Assembly (NCBI GenBank): GCA_963663385.2
Contig: CAXXXD010000002.1
Coordinates: 1,792,001-1,856,000, forward strand
DNA: 64,000 bases
Direction: 5' to 3'
DNA from: Oceanispirochaeta sp.
GTDB taxonomy: Bacteria; Spirochaetota; Spirochaetia; DSM-2461
Shown here: positions 1 to 9,096 of the stretch, piece by piece
Position numbering within the stretch: position 1 is the first letter of the stretch
How the letters are laid out: each line of letters opens with the position of its first letter
Program-made: the position numbers and the translations under genes
Notes under the pieces: generated by a model
What the model was told of the DNA's origin: nothing
Seen by the model: only the letters and a program-made list of their open reading frames with translations
The model's database searches: none

Positions 1-37
1 CGTTGAGTGAACAAATTGCCAAGGAGACATTATAATT

Positions 38-1423
38 ATGGCTAAAGAAAAGAAAGCAAATCAGGTTGCCAACGAGTTTGGTGCATCCATGGAAAAAATT
101 GTATCTCTGGCAAAACGCCGTGGATTTGTATACCCCTCCAGTGAAATATACGGCGGACTGTCCGCTACCTGGGATTACGGTCCCCTCGGTGTAGAACTGA
201 AAAAAAATATACAGGAGATCTGGTGGCGTGAAATGACCCGTCTGCAGGACAACATCGTAGGTCTGGATGCGGCTATTATGATGCACCCCCGGACATGGGA
301 AGCTTCCGGTCATGTGGAAAACTTTTCCGATCCCCTGGTTGATTGTAAACAGTGCAAAACCCGTTTTCGGGAGGATAAACTGGCTCCCGAAGTAATCGAA
401 AGCAAAATATGCCCCGAATGCGGAGGGGAATTGACCGAACCCCGTCAGTTCAACCTGATGTTCAGCACCCACCTCGGTCCTGTCGCCGATTCGGGTTCCA
501 TTGTTTACCTGCGGCCCGAAACCGCTCAGGGTATCTTTGTAAACTTCAAGAATGTTGTAGATACCAGCCGGGTCCAGATTCCCTTCGGAATTGCCCAGGT
601 CGGTAAGGCGTTCAGAAATGAGATAACAACCAAGAACTTCATATTCAGGACCTGTGAGTTTGAACAGATGGAGATGCAGTTCTTTGTAAAACCCGGTACC
701 GATGATAAATGGTTCGAATACTGGAAAGAACAGAGGATGAACTACTATACGGAACAGCTAGGTATCCTGCCTCGGAACCTGCATTTCCATCAGCACGGCG
801 ATGGCGAACTGGCCCACTATGCCAAAGATGCCTATGATGTGGAATACAAGTACCCATTCGGCTGGGAAGAGCAGGAAGGTATTCATAACAGAACGGATTT
901 CGACCTGGGCCGTCACGGTGAATACTGCGGCAAGGAGATCAACTACCTCGATCCCCAGACCAATGAACGCTATGTTCCCTATGTCATTGAAACGTCTGCC
1001 GGTCTGACCCGGAGTGTGCTTGTCTGTCTTATGGATGCCTATCACGAGGAAACTATCGGCGAAGATAAAAATGGCAATCCCGATGTGCGGACCGTTCTTC
1101 ACCTTCACCCCAATGTGGCTCCCGTCAAGGCGGCGGTTCTTCCCCTGGTTAAGAAAGACGGTCTGGCCGAACTGGCAAAAGACATTCAGAAAGACCTTTC
1201 TGCCGATTTTAATACCTTCTTTGACCAGTCCGGCGCCATCGGACGCCGTTACAGAAGGCAGGACGAGATTGGGACTCCCTTCTGTATTACTGTGGATTAC
1301 GATACAAAAGAAGACAATACGGTTACCCTTCGGTTCAGGGATTCCATGGAGCAGATCCGTGTGCCCCGCTCCGAGCTTGCCAGCCGTCTGAGAGAAGAGA
1401 TCCGGAATTACAAAAGGGCCTGA
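38..1423 (+). CDS. glyQS: Glycine--tRNA ligase (alpha2/eukaryote-like class II)
   Basis: Motifs LAKRRGF..SSEIYGG, LRPETAQGIF, GKAFRNEI..FIFRTCEFEQME, C-terminal anticodon domain IGRRYRRQDEIGTPFC; AAGGAG RBS upstream. Confidence 0.97.
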   Translation: MAKEKKANQVANEFGASMEKIVSLAKRRGFVYPSSEIYGGLSATWDYGPLGVELKKNIQEIWWREMTRLQDNIVGLDAAIMMHPRTWEASGHVENFSDPLVDCKQCKTRFREDKLAPEVIESKICPECGGELTEPRQFNLMFSTHLGPVADSGSIVYLRPETAQGIFVNFKNVVDTSRVQIPFGIAQVGKAFRNEITTKNFIFRTCEFEQMEMQFFVKPGTDDKWFEYWKEQRMNYYTEQLGILPRNLHFHQHGDGELAHYAKDAYDVEYKYPFGWEEQEGIHNRTDFDLGRHGEYCGKEINYLDPQTNERYVPYVIETSAGLTRSVLVCLMDAYHEETIGEDKNGNPDVRTVLHLHPNVAPVKAAVLPLVKKDGLAELAKDIQKDLSADFNTFFDQSGAIGRRYRRQDEIGTPFCITVDYDTKEDNTVTLRFRDSMEQIRVPRSELASRLREEIRNYKRA

Positions 1424-1446
1424 TTCTTTTATTCTATGATCCTGAT

Positions 1447-1476
1447 AACCGGAGATTTAATATCTCCGGTTTTTTT
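1447..1476 (+). terminator. Rho-independent terminator after glyQS
   Basis: AACCGGAGAT-TTAAT-ATCTCCGGTT followed by T-tract. Confidence 0.85.
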
Positions 1477-1480
1477 GGGC

Positions 1481-1611
1481 CTCAATCCCTCTCACTCTCC
1501 CCTGGTTGCATGGGCGAGCAGTATACTTGTTTACGACCAGCCCCTCAAGGGGAGAAATCATATTGTTCTTCCCCTCCTTGTGGAGGGGCCCGGGGAGGTT
1601 CGGATCAGGGG
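1481..1611. repeat. REP-like GC-rich multi-hairpin intergenic repeat (copy A) with nested 37-nt insert
   Basis: CCCCTCC-TTGT-GGAGGGG-CCCGGGGAGG module shared with 51860-51955 and 54249-54340. Confidence 0.6.
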
Positions 1612-3399
1612 TTATTTAAGAAGGACTTCCACCACATCCGCATCGGGGTAATCCGAACTTAAACCGATGTGGTAGCGGCCGGTCATATCCGTTACGTATT
1701 CTGTAAAATAGAATATTCCTGCCGGTATATTACTTATTTCTTTTTCCTGGGCAGTTGTATAGACATAAGGTTCTGTATAAACCGATCCGGTGGAATCCGT
1801 ATAACTGTACGCGAAGAAATTGAGTGAGTTCAGTTTATAAGGATGACCGTTTAAGGTATACTTAAACCAGCCATCAATGTTAAAACGCATATATTCTTCT
1901 ACATCAGTCCGTTGTGAGAGCAGAACAGCTGCATTGAGGAGCGGTATGGTTATTTCCGCTTTGGCTACACTATTATTTCCAAAACTGAGAGCTGCCGGTA
2001 GATCAGTTGCTCCTGTAGCTTCATGTTGAAGGTTCTGCAGAACTTCCGGTCCCCCGAAATTGCGCATAAGATAAGCGCCATATACATACATAAGAGAATA
2101 ACTAAACAGAGCATAATCCCCGCTGGCCCAGAAATTGAATGGAAAATCAGGCCAGTATATGTATAGGGGGATCCTTCCAGTAGTAATATTGCTGCCGGTG
2201 TTTAAACTTTTTCCATCGATGCCTGTAAAGCCTTTAGGGCCATCTGTATTAAGTTTATCAGGATCCGATAGCAGATCTTCTGTTGCCATGGACAGCAGTT
2301 CGTTAAGCCACGTTTCAGGTTCGTTGCCTCTTATCACAGAAGCCTGATAAAAGTTGATCATATGCTGAAATTCATGGGCCAGGGTGGAGAGGGTATCTTT
2401 AGCATAATAACCTTGATTACTCCATGTATCTCCCGCTTCTGTATAAGCCAGGTAGTTTGCTTCTATATAGAAAACAATCCTTTGGTTTGAAATATCTGTT
2501 TCACTGACAGTCTCATCTGTTTCACTAGTAATTTTGCAATTATCCTTTGCCCAAAAGTAACCAACTACTCCATCTTCCATATCATCATTCATAATATCTG
2601 CAAAAACAATATTAATCTCATCGTAATCACCGATCAGATCATCCGTGTAATTGTGAACTCCCCATTCTTCTCCATAAATATTTGTCACCCAATCGTATAT
2701 ATCATTAAAAGTGCCTTCTGTTAGAAAATTCTCACCAATAAAATCAATCATTTCAGGTGTTATTAAATAATTTTCATTTCCATTTATATGCCAACATGTA
2801 TCTTCAACCCATATTTTTAACGTTTTATCACCAACAGTTGTGATTTTTTGCAGTGTTGATTCATAATCATATCTTTTAATTGAATCTATGTAGCCATCTC
2901 TATTACTATCTACTAATTCTCCATCTTTAAATGTTATTTTTGTTCCTTCAACTTCTGACGAATAAGGGTTTTCTATTGTCTGAGTTCGATTCCAGGATTT
3001 TTCAGTATTGATAACTCTATTTGCAAGTCGGGAATTATTATCCTGTATCCTTTCTATTCTGGAACTGATTTCTGTTTGGTCTGGGAGAAATTTTCTGCTG
3101 TCGAATTCACTCACCTCGATTTCCGGATTTGTTATTGAAGTTGTACCTGAGTTGTAGACCCCAACATAAAGATCTTTGGCATCCGACTGGACTTCGGCAA
3201 ATATATCGTATTCCTTTTCGGCATTGTCCACTATCAGGACGCCGTAGGGAGTTGACTCATCTGTATAGACATATTTTTCAGGAGATTCATCCCATTTCAG
3301 ACCGGATCCGGATGACCCTTCCTTGCAGGAGAGCAGGGTAAGAGCCGTAAGCAGCAGGATTGTGATGAATCTTCCTGTAATGATTCTTTTTTTATTCAT
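1612..3399 (-). CDS. Lipoprotein zinc metallopeptidase, M30 (hyicolysin)-like
   Basis: Signal MNKKRII..LLSC (lipobox); GVVGYFW, TLAHEFQHMINF and WLNELLSMATE zincin motifs; ATG at 3399 preferred over 3444. Confidence 0.75.
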   Translation of the reverse strand: MNKKRIITGRFITILLLTALTLLSCKEGSSGSGLKWDESPEKYVYTDESTPYGVLIVDNAEKEYDIFAEVQSDAKDLYVGVYNSGTTSITNPEIEVSEFDSRKFLPDQTEISSRIERIQDNNSRLANRVINTEKSWNRTQTIENPYSSEVEGTKITFKDGELVDSNRDGYIDSIKRYDYESTLQKITTVGDKTLKIWVEDTCWHINGNENYLITPEMIDFIGENFLTEGTFNDIYDWVTNIYGEEWGVHNYTDDLIGDYDEINIVFADIMNDDMEDGVVGYFWAKDNCKITSETDETVSETDISNQRIVFYIEANYLAYTEAGDTWSNQGYYAKDTLSTLAHEFQHMINFYQASVIRGNEPETWLNELLSMATEDLLSDPDKLNTDGPKGFTGIDGKSLNTGSNITTGRIPLYIYWPDFPFNFWASGDYALFSYSLMYVYGAYLMRNFGGPEVLQNLQHEATGATDLPAALSFGNNSVAKAEITIPLLNAAVLLSQRTDVEEYMRFNIDGWFKYTLNGHPYKLNSLNFFAYSYTDSTGSVYTEPYVYTTAQEKEISNIPAGIFYFTEYVTDMTGRYHIGLSSDYPDADVVEVLLK

Positions 3400-3474
3400 T
3401 GTATATATCCTAATGATCAGTGTAGATGTATTCAATCTTATCACTAGGTTTACTGAATAAACACCCTTATTGCA

Positions 3475-4167
3475 TCAAAACTGGAGGGATAATACCCTCC
3501 GTCTGTTATTGGTAAACACCCCGTCCACTCCCATTTCCTGCATGGCAGCAAGTTCTTCGGGCAGGTTAACCGTATAAACGAGAACCTTCAGCCCTCTTGA
3601 ATGGGCATCCTCCACTATCTCCCGGCTGATATTCTCCCTGTTCATGTTAAGAGACCAGGCTCCCATGCCATCCGTCAGGGAGGCCAGTCCCAGAGGCAGG
3701 CTGCCGATAATGGGCGAAACCCGTACTTCAGGTCGCAATTCTTTAAAACGCATCAGTTCAAAGTGATCAAAGGAAGAAACCAGAAAATTCTCCCAACTGC
3801 GTCCTTTGCGGTTAATTTCCTCATCTAGGATATGGGAGACTTTAAGGGCTGATCCGTTTCCTTTAATTTCAATATTCAGGGGGCAGCGGCTGTCAATCAG
3901 ATCAATGATTTCCTGCAGGGTCGGAACCTGTTCTCCTTCGCCTGCATCCAGTGCCCTGATTTCCTTAAAAGTCAGGTTCCTTATGAAACCGCTGCCGTTC
4001 GTCGTGGTATCGACTTTATCATCATGCATGACTACGACTTCACCGGTTTTGCAGATAGCCACATCAATCTCTATCATATCAACGGAATCCTTCAGAGCCT
4101 GTCTGATGGATTTCAGTGTATTCTCAGGAGCCAGCTCCGAGGCGCCCCTGTGTCCGATTATCAGCAT
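3475..4167 (-). CDS. Glycerophosphodiester phosphodiesterase (GDPD family)
   Basis: IGHRGAS..PENT, IEIDV, HD, LNIEIK, VYTVN..GVDGVFTN. Confidence 0.93.
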   Translation of the reverse strand: MLIIGHRGASELAPENTLKSIRQALKDSVDMIEIDVAICKTGEVVVMHDDKVDTTTNGSGFIRNLTFKEIRALDAGEGEQVPTLQEIIDLIDSRCPLNIEIKGNGSALKVSHILDEEINRKGRSWENFLVSSFDHFELMRFKELRPEVRVSPIIGSLPLGLASLTDGMGAWSLNMNRENISREIVEDAHSRGLKVLVYTVNLPEELAAMQEMGVDGVFTNNRRRVLSLQF

Positions 4168-4226
4168 TAATATCTCCTATAAAAAGTCAATCATAAGCCT
4201 ATTAACAAGCTTACAATTGAACCGGA

Positions 4227-5339
4227 TTACCCAGTTTTTACGGCATTGAATGCAGCCGCCTGCATCTTCAAGTACTTATCATCCGGAACCATCTTCAACG
4301 GATCAAAGGGTTCACGGGTTTTCAATATGGAGTACACTACCGTACTCATCTTTCTTGCAGAGGCGATAATACTCGTGCCGCTGCCCTTGTTCTTCTTCAT
4401 CGCTCTGTACTTCGTCATGATACGGTAATTGCCAGTCGTTTTCCGAGTTCTAACCATTCCCATAACACACTGAACAAATGCCGTTCTCAGTTCTACAGCC
4501 CCTCTCTTTGTTATATGCCCATGATGAATCGTCTCATTGGAGTTCTGCACCCATGGTACAAGACCGGCATAAGCCGAATACTTCTTGGCACTGGCGTACC
4601 GCTTGATATCATCCGTATAGGCCCTAATAGTCGATGCCGTTATCAATCCGACTCCCGGGATCGTCTGCAATAACTGTACATCCTCATCTTCCTTTACAAG
4701 TTCCAGCAGGACTTTCTCTAACTGCTTGACCTGGTTCGAAACCTGATCTATCGTAGAAAGCAGCGGTTCTATCGCTTTGGCAGCGCTTCCGAAACTCCTA
4801 TGGTCCACGAGACCGATGAGGATGCGCTGCCTTTCTTTTTTACTCTGCAGCGCAGCTCTTTTTGTTTCAATTCCATACCCTAGAAGCAGTCCGTGAACCT
4901 GATTCTTCAAAGATACGACTGATTTAACAAGGATAGTTCTGGATTTAAGAACTCTACGGATATCCTCACTCTCCTGAGAACAAAGCTGTGATTCGGGAAG
5001 CATATCTTTTTCCAAGAACTCTGCTAGAGTTCTGGCATCATGCTTATCCGTCTTTTTCACTGATTCATTTACAACTTTGAATTTCAGTGTATTCACAACC
5101 ACCACCTCAATCCCTGCTAGCAATAGCTTGTTACGGAAGAACCGGGCATTTCCTGTTGATTCCACTGCAGCCCTAACATCAAGGCCCTCTTCTGTATAGG
5201 ACACTGCTTTCTCAAGAAATGCTCTGTAACCGTCCTCAGAGGTCGGATACATTCCTGATTCACAAATGCTTCTATCATCACTCAGGAAACAGACTGTTAA
5301 CTGGGATTTGTGCAGATCCACTCCGATACTCATCTTCAT
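4227..5339 (-). CDS. IS110-family DEDD recombinase/transposase
   Basis: IGVDLHK, AVESTG, KTDKHDA (DEDD); LQTIPGVG..A, AYAGLVP..QNS and HGHITKRG in the Tnp domain; AGGAG RBS 7 nt before the ATG at 5339. Confidence 0.95.
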   Translation of the reverse strand: MKMSIGVDLHKSQLTVCFLSDDRSICESGMYPTSEDGYRAFLEKAVSYTEEGLDVRAAVESTGNARFFRNKLLLAGIEVVVVNTLKFKVVNESVKKTDKHDARTLAEFLEKDMLPESQLCSQESEDIRRVLKSRTILVKSVVSLKNQVHGLLLGYGIETKRAALQSKKERQRILIGLVDHRSFGSAAKAIEPLLSTIDQVSNQVKQLEKVLLELVKEDEDVQLLQTIPGVGLITASTIRAYTDDIKRYASAKKYSAYAGLVPWVQNSNETIHHGHITKRGAVELRTAFVQCVMGMVRTRKTTGNYRIMTKYRAMKKNKGSGTSIIASARKMSTVVYSILKTREPFDPLKMVPDDKYLKMQAAAFNAVKTG

Positions 5340-5344
5340 ACCTT

Positions 5345-5513
5345 CGCTCCTATTGCCTAAAACAGCGCCTGTACGGTGAATTGATTCCATTCTCCTATCC
5401 GGTCTCGAAGACCATTGAATGTTTCGGTCACGGCTCTTCATTCTCCTGTACGGTCTCGGAGACCAGTAAAAATGGCGAACAGTAACCTGGCTGTTCTAAA
5501 CGATGTTTAGAAC
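5345..5513 (-). ncRNA. Candidate IS110 bridge RNA
   Basis: Non-coding left end downstream of a TACAAT -10; 5' hairpin plus two homologous hairpins; boundaries approximate. Confidence 0.55.
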
Positions 5514-5562
5514 ATTGTATCAATCCACAAGCCTATGAAGACTTTTTATCATTCCTCCTGTG

Positions 5563-6567
5563 CTAAGTTGTTTCACGTATTTTTAAATCTGTTGGCATAA
5601 TCATCTCTACGGGGGGAGAATCGGGATCATCCAGAAGCTGAAGCAGTCTAATGGCAGCCAGCTCTCCCATTTTATCAATATGAATATGAGTCGTTGTCAG
5701 GGGGAGGTAGGACATGGATGCCCAGGGAATATCGTCAAATCCGGCAATCCCCAGCGTGGAAGGTACTTTTATCCCCTCCTGTCTGGCACGATTCAATAAT
5801 CCGATTGCCATGGCATCGTTTACGGCAAATACGGCGGTTCCTTCTGCTATCTCATCTTTTATTTCGTCAAAAATCATTTCGCCTGTCTGAAGGGTTGTAT
5901 CTTCCTTATTTAATATAAACGGGGTAAGCCCCGCTTTTTCCATGGACTCTTTATATCCCTGAATGCGCTCCCTGTTGTTGTACCATTCAACAGGCCCTGT
6001 TATATGGATTATTTTCCTGTAGTTCCGGTTTATCAGATGCTCGGTAATGTTGAAAGCGCCAATACGGTCATCACAGATTACCGTATTGGCACGGGTTTCG
6101 GGCAGTTTGTTTTCAAGGAGTACTACCGGTTTTCCCAGTGCCATGATCTCCATAATAAAGCGCGGGCTGAGGCTCTGCCCGCGCAGGATGAATGCATCGC
6201 AGCTGTCGGACTGAATGGCAGGGATCTTTGACGGGTTATTAAAATCTTCCAGTTCTACCGGGATAACCAGACTCTGGTAGCCTCTTTTGCGGAAGGTTTC
6301 ATCAAAAGCCAGGGTGGAATGATGGAAATAGACGGAATCATACTGTCCCATTCTCTGACGGCCGATTATACCGATAAATCTGCCGGTAGACGGCATGGCT
6401 GTCTGAATGATCGGCGAGAAATCATCTTTATGCTGTTTCAATTCGTTCAGTACAAGATCTCTGGTCTTCTGGCTGATACCGGGTTTATCGTTTAATACCC
6501 TTGAAACTGTGGAAAGGGATATTCCCAGTTTATCTGCAATACTTTTAAGTCTGACTCGCTTATCCAT
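5563..6567 (-). CDS. LacI-family transcriptional regulator
   Basis: N-terminal HTH LKSIADKLGISLSTVSRVLN; C-terminal AVNDAMAIG, IAGFDD..LTT. Confidence 0.95.
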   Translation of the reverse strand: MDKRVRLKSIADKLGISLSTVSRVLNDKPGISQKTRDLVLNELKQHKDDFSPIIQTAMPSTGRFIGIIGRQRMGQYDSVYFHHSTLAFDETFRKRGYQSLVIPVELEDFNNPSKIPAIQSDSCDAFILRGQSLSPRFIMEIMALGKPVVLLENKLPETRANTVICDDRIGAFNITEHLINRNYRKIIHITGPVEWYNNRERIQGYKESMEKAGLTPFILNKEDTTLQTGEMIFDEIKDEIAEGTAVFAVNDAMAIGLLNRARQEGIKVPSTLGIAGFDDIPWASMSYLPLTTTHIHIDKMGELAAIRLLQLLDDPDSPPVEMIMPTDLKIRETT

Positions 6568-6576
6568 ATTTATACC

Positions 6577-6656
6577 TTGACATTTCTCAAATCTAATGTA
6601 AAGTAATCATATACCCAATGCAAATGTATTGCAATAAGTTTCGAACGATTTGCGAA
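6577..6656 (+). promoter_or_regulatory. Sugar ABC promoter with LacI-type operator
   Basis: TTGACA at 6577 with TAAAGT 16 nt later; palindrome TGCAA-ATGTA-TTGCA at 6619-6633. Confidence 0.55.
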
Positions 6657-6670
6657 AAAAGGAGAAATGT

Positions 6671-8056
6671 ATGAAAAAAATCATTGCAACTCTATTGTTG
6701 GCATTATTGACGCTTCCGATTATGGCGTCCGGATCACAGGAAAACGCCGGCGGACCGGAGACTGTCAAACTGTCAGTCTGGACAAGAGAAGGCGGAATTA
6801 ATCATTGGAGAGCAGATTTGGCTGCAGAGGCAGCCAGGGAACTGAATGCCCAGCTTAAGGCGGAAGGAAGCGAGATTACAGTTGAAGTGGATCCCTATCT
6901 GGATGAGGGAGACTGGGGGAACTTTAAAAAGAAATATTCCCTGGCTGCCGATGCCGGTGAAGCTCCTGCCATTATCTGTTCAGGACATGAGGATATTCCC
7001 GTCTGGAGCCGGGCCGGTTATATTGTTCCGCTGGCAGACTCTGTCAGTGATATGAAAGCGCTGGCTCCCCAGTTTGACGATGTTATCGAAAGTCTGTGGA
7101 ACTCTTCCACCTGGCAGAATAAAGTCTGGGGTGTTCCTCAGGATACGGAAGCCAGACCCATGTATTTCAGTAAAACAAACCTGAAGAAACTGGGATGGGA
7201 TGATGCGCGCATTGCCTCTCTGCCTGCTGATATGGCAGAAGGACGTTTTACCCTTGACGATGTAATTGCCACGGCAAAAGAAGCTGTAGAGAAGGGTGTT
7301 GTTGAACCCGGATACGGTTACTGGCACAGACCCCGCAAGGGCGGAGATTTTGTACAGTTCTATAAAGCATACGGCGGTGACCTTTATGATGCGGCTCAGG
7401 ATAAACTGATTATCGACAGGGATGCTCTTGTCAAATTCTATGATTTCCAGAGACGGACCGTTACCGAAGGAGTTACTCCAGCCAAATACATCGGTACGGA
7501 ATGGAAAATCTGGCACGATGTTGTTTCCAACAATAAAGCCCTTTTCTGGAACGGCGGAACATGGATGTGGGCTGACTGGGCCAAGAATTATGCGGTTGGC
7601 GGAGAGGATACACTCTGGGCGAATGTCGGTTTTGGCTATGAACCCTCCGGGATCAGGGGAGAAAAGGGTGTAACCCTCTCTCATCCTCTTGTCTATCTGG
7701 TATCCAGTAAAGACGCTTCCGGAAACAAGCATCAGGATCTTGCTATTCGTCTGATTGCCCTGATGTCTGAAACAGAGCGGAATACCCGTCATGCTGTTGA
7801 AAGCGGACACCTGGGAATCCTGAAATCCCAGAATGATTTTGCAGACTATAAAGAGAGCAAATTCCTGGCCGATGTCACGTATCTGCTGGATAATAATTTC
7901 TATCAGCCCAACCATGTAATGTACGGACTGTGGTTTGATGCTTTCTGGGATGGAATGGTAGCGGCGGAACAGGGAGATAAAACACCTGAAGAAGCAGCAG
8001 ATGATACTATAAAGGTTATGAAAGTGGAAATTGATGATCAACTGATCATCCGCTGA
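6671..8056 (+). CDS. Carbohydrate ABC transporter substrate-binding protein
   Basis: Signal peptide MKKIIATLLLALL..MASGSQE; SBP motif VWGVPQDTEARPMYF; AGGAG RBS before the ATG at 6671. Confidence 0.92.
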   Translation: MKKIIATLLLALLTLPIMASGSQENAGGPETVKLSVWTREGGINHWRADLAAEAARELNAQLKAEGSEITVEVDPYLDEGDWGNFKKKYSLAADAGEAPAIICSGHEDIPVWSRAGYIVPLADSVSDMKALAPQFDDVIESLWNSSTWQNKVWGVPQDTEARPMYFSKTNLKKLGWDDARIASLPADMAEGRFTLDDVIATAKEAVEKGVVEPGYGYWHRPRKGGDFVQFYKAYGGDLYDAAQDKLIIDRDALVKFYDFQRRTVTEGVTPAKYIGTEWKIWHDVVSNNKALFWNGGTWMWADWAKNYAVGGEDTLWANVGFGYEPSGIRGEKGVTLSHPLVYLVSSKDASGNKHQDLAIRLIALMSETERNTRHAVESGHLGILKSQNDFADYKESKFLADVTYLLDNNFYQPNHVMYGLWFDAFWDGMVAAEQGDKTPEEAADDTIKVMKVEIDDQLIIR

Positions 8057-8078
8057 ATTATCACTGATTAAACATCTT

Positions 8079-8112
8079 AACCCTCCTGATTCAAACGGAT
8101 CGGGAGGGTTTT
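8079..8112 (+). terminator. Intra-operon stem-loop after the SBP gene
   Basis: AACCCTCCTGAT...ATCGGGAGGGTT-TT. Confidence 0.65.
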
Positions 8113-8171
8113 CCCCTGCCTGATTTCACTCAGGTTCGAGTATAAAAAAATATAATACAAAGGAGGTCTGA

Positions 8172-9086
8172 ATGGAAAAGGAAAAGCGAAACTTAACAGG
8201 TATCTGGTTTATGCTTCCCGCTATAGTGCTGGTCATTGTGTTTTTCTTTATACCCGTTATCATGACCATTGGAATTTCTACAACGGACATGAGCTCCGTA
8301 ACAGGCTTTTCCGCCTGGAAGTGGATCGGTCTGAAAAACTATCAGAAAATTGCCCAGCACCCCGATACACTTACCAACTTCATTGCTACTTTGAAGTATG
8401 TGTCTCTTACCCTGATCTTTTTTAATGTGGGATTGGGGCTGCTTATTGCCATTATTACAAATCATCTCAAAAAAACAGTGGGCGGGTTTTTCAGAGCGGC
8501 CTGGCTGCTTCCCCGTATTACTCCTCCGGTTGTATACGTTCTCATGTGGTCCATGCTGGCGGCTGATGCCCCCTATGGTGTCATTAATCAGCTTTTCAGA
8601 ATCCCCTTCGGACTATCTACGACAAACTGGGTTCCCGAGTATGCCTTTCTGTTTATCATTCTGGTAAACGGTTATATCGGGGCTTCATTCGGTATGATTA
8701 TTTTTTCCTCGGCAATTGAAGCGATTCCCCGGGATATCATGGTGTCCTCCCTTGTGGACGGGGCATCCTACATGCAGAGGATCAAACATATTATTATTCC
8801 CCAGCTGCGATGGCCTCTGCTTTTTGTAGTTACCTACCAGACACTCTCTCTTCTTACATCGTTTGAATACATCATGATCCTGACTGACGGGAATTTCAGC
8901 ACGGAAGTCTGGTCCCTCTGGTCCTATCATAAGGCCCTGAACAATTACTGGGGGAATTTCCAGTATGGATTCGGCGCTGCCCTGGCAGCTGTTCTGGTTC
9001 TGGTAGGTACTGTTATGGGTGTTATCTATATGAAATATTTTAAATTCGACGCGCTTGTTCAAGAGCCGAAAATCGACGAATTGTAA
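8172..9086 (+). CDS. Carbohydrate ABC permease (MalF-like)
   Basis: Multiple TM segments; EAA-like loop IMVSSLVDGAS. Confidence 0.93.
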   Translation: MEKEKRNLTGIWFMLPAIVLVIVFFFIPVIMTIGISTTDMSSVTGFSAWKWIGLKNYQKIAQHPDTLTNFIATLKYVSLTLIFFNVGLGLLIAIITNHLKKTVGGFFRAAWLLPRITPPVVYVLMWSMLAADAPYGVINQLFRIPFGLSTTNWVPEYAFLFIILVNGYIGASFGMIIFSSAIEAIPRDIMVSSLVDGASYMQRIKHIIIPQLRWPLLFVVTYQTLSLLTSFEYIMILTDGNFSTEVWSLWSYHKALNNYWGNFQYGFGAALAAVLVLVGTVMGVIYMKYFKFDALVQEPKIDEL

Positions 9087-9096
9087 GGAAGGTGAG

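Larger units (their letters stand above)
4195..5536 (-). mobile_element. Complete IS110-family insertion sequence
   Basis: IS110 recombinase plus ~190-bp upstream non-coding end; AAGCCTAT present at both 4195-4202 and 5529-5536; removing the element restores a hairpin. Confidence 0.85.

Noticed and set aside
5340..5441. N-terminal extension of the IS110 ORF to 5441
   Set aside because: The DEDD domain starts at MKMSIGVD with a good RBS; the extension is the structured non-coding end
5388..5474. Mini CRISPR array
   Set aside because: Only two imperfect units about 50 bp apart, no cas genes, and explained by the IS110 end
6980..8041. Long antisense ORFs (e.g. 353 aa here; also 16259-17089, 19659-20561, 58812-59696)
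   Set aside because: Shadow frames of well-supported genes with no recognisable motifs
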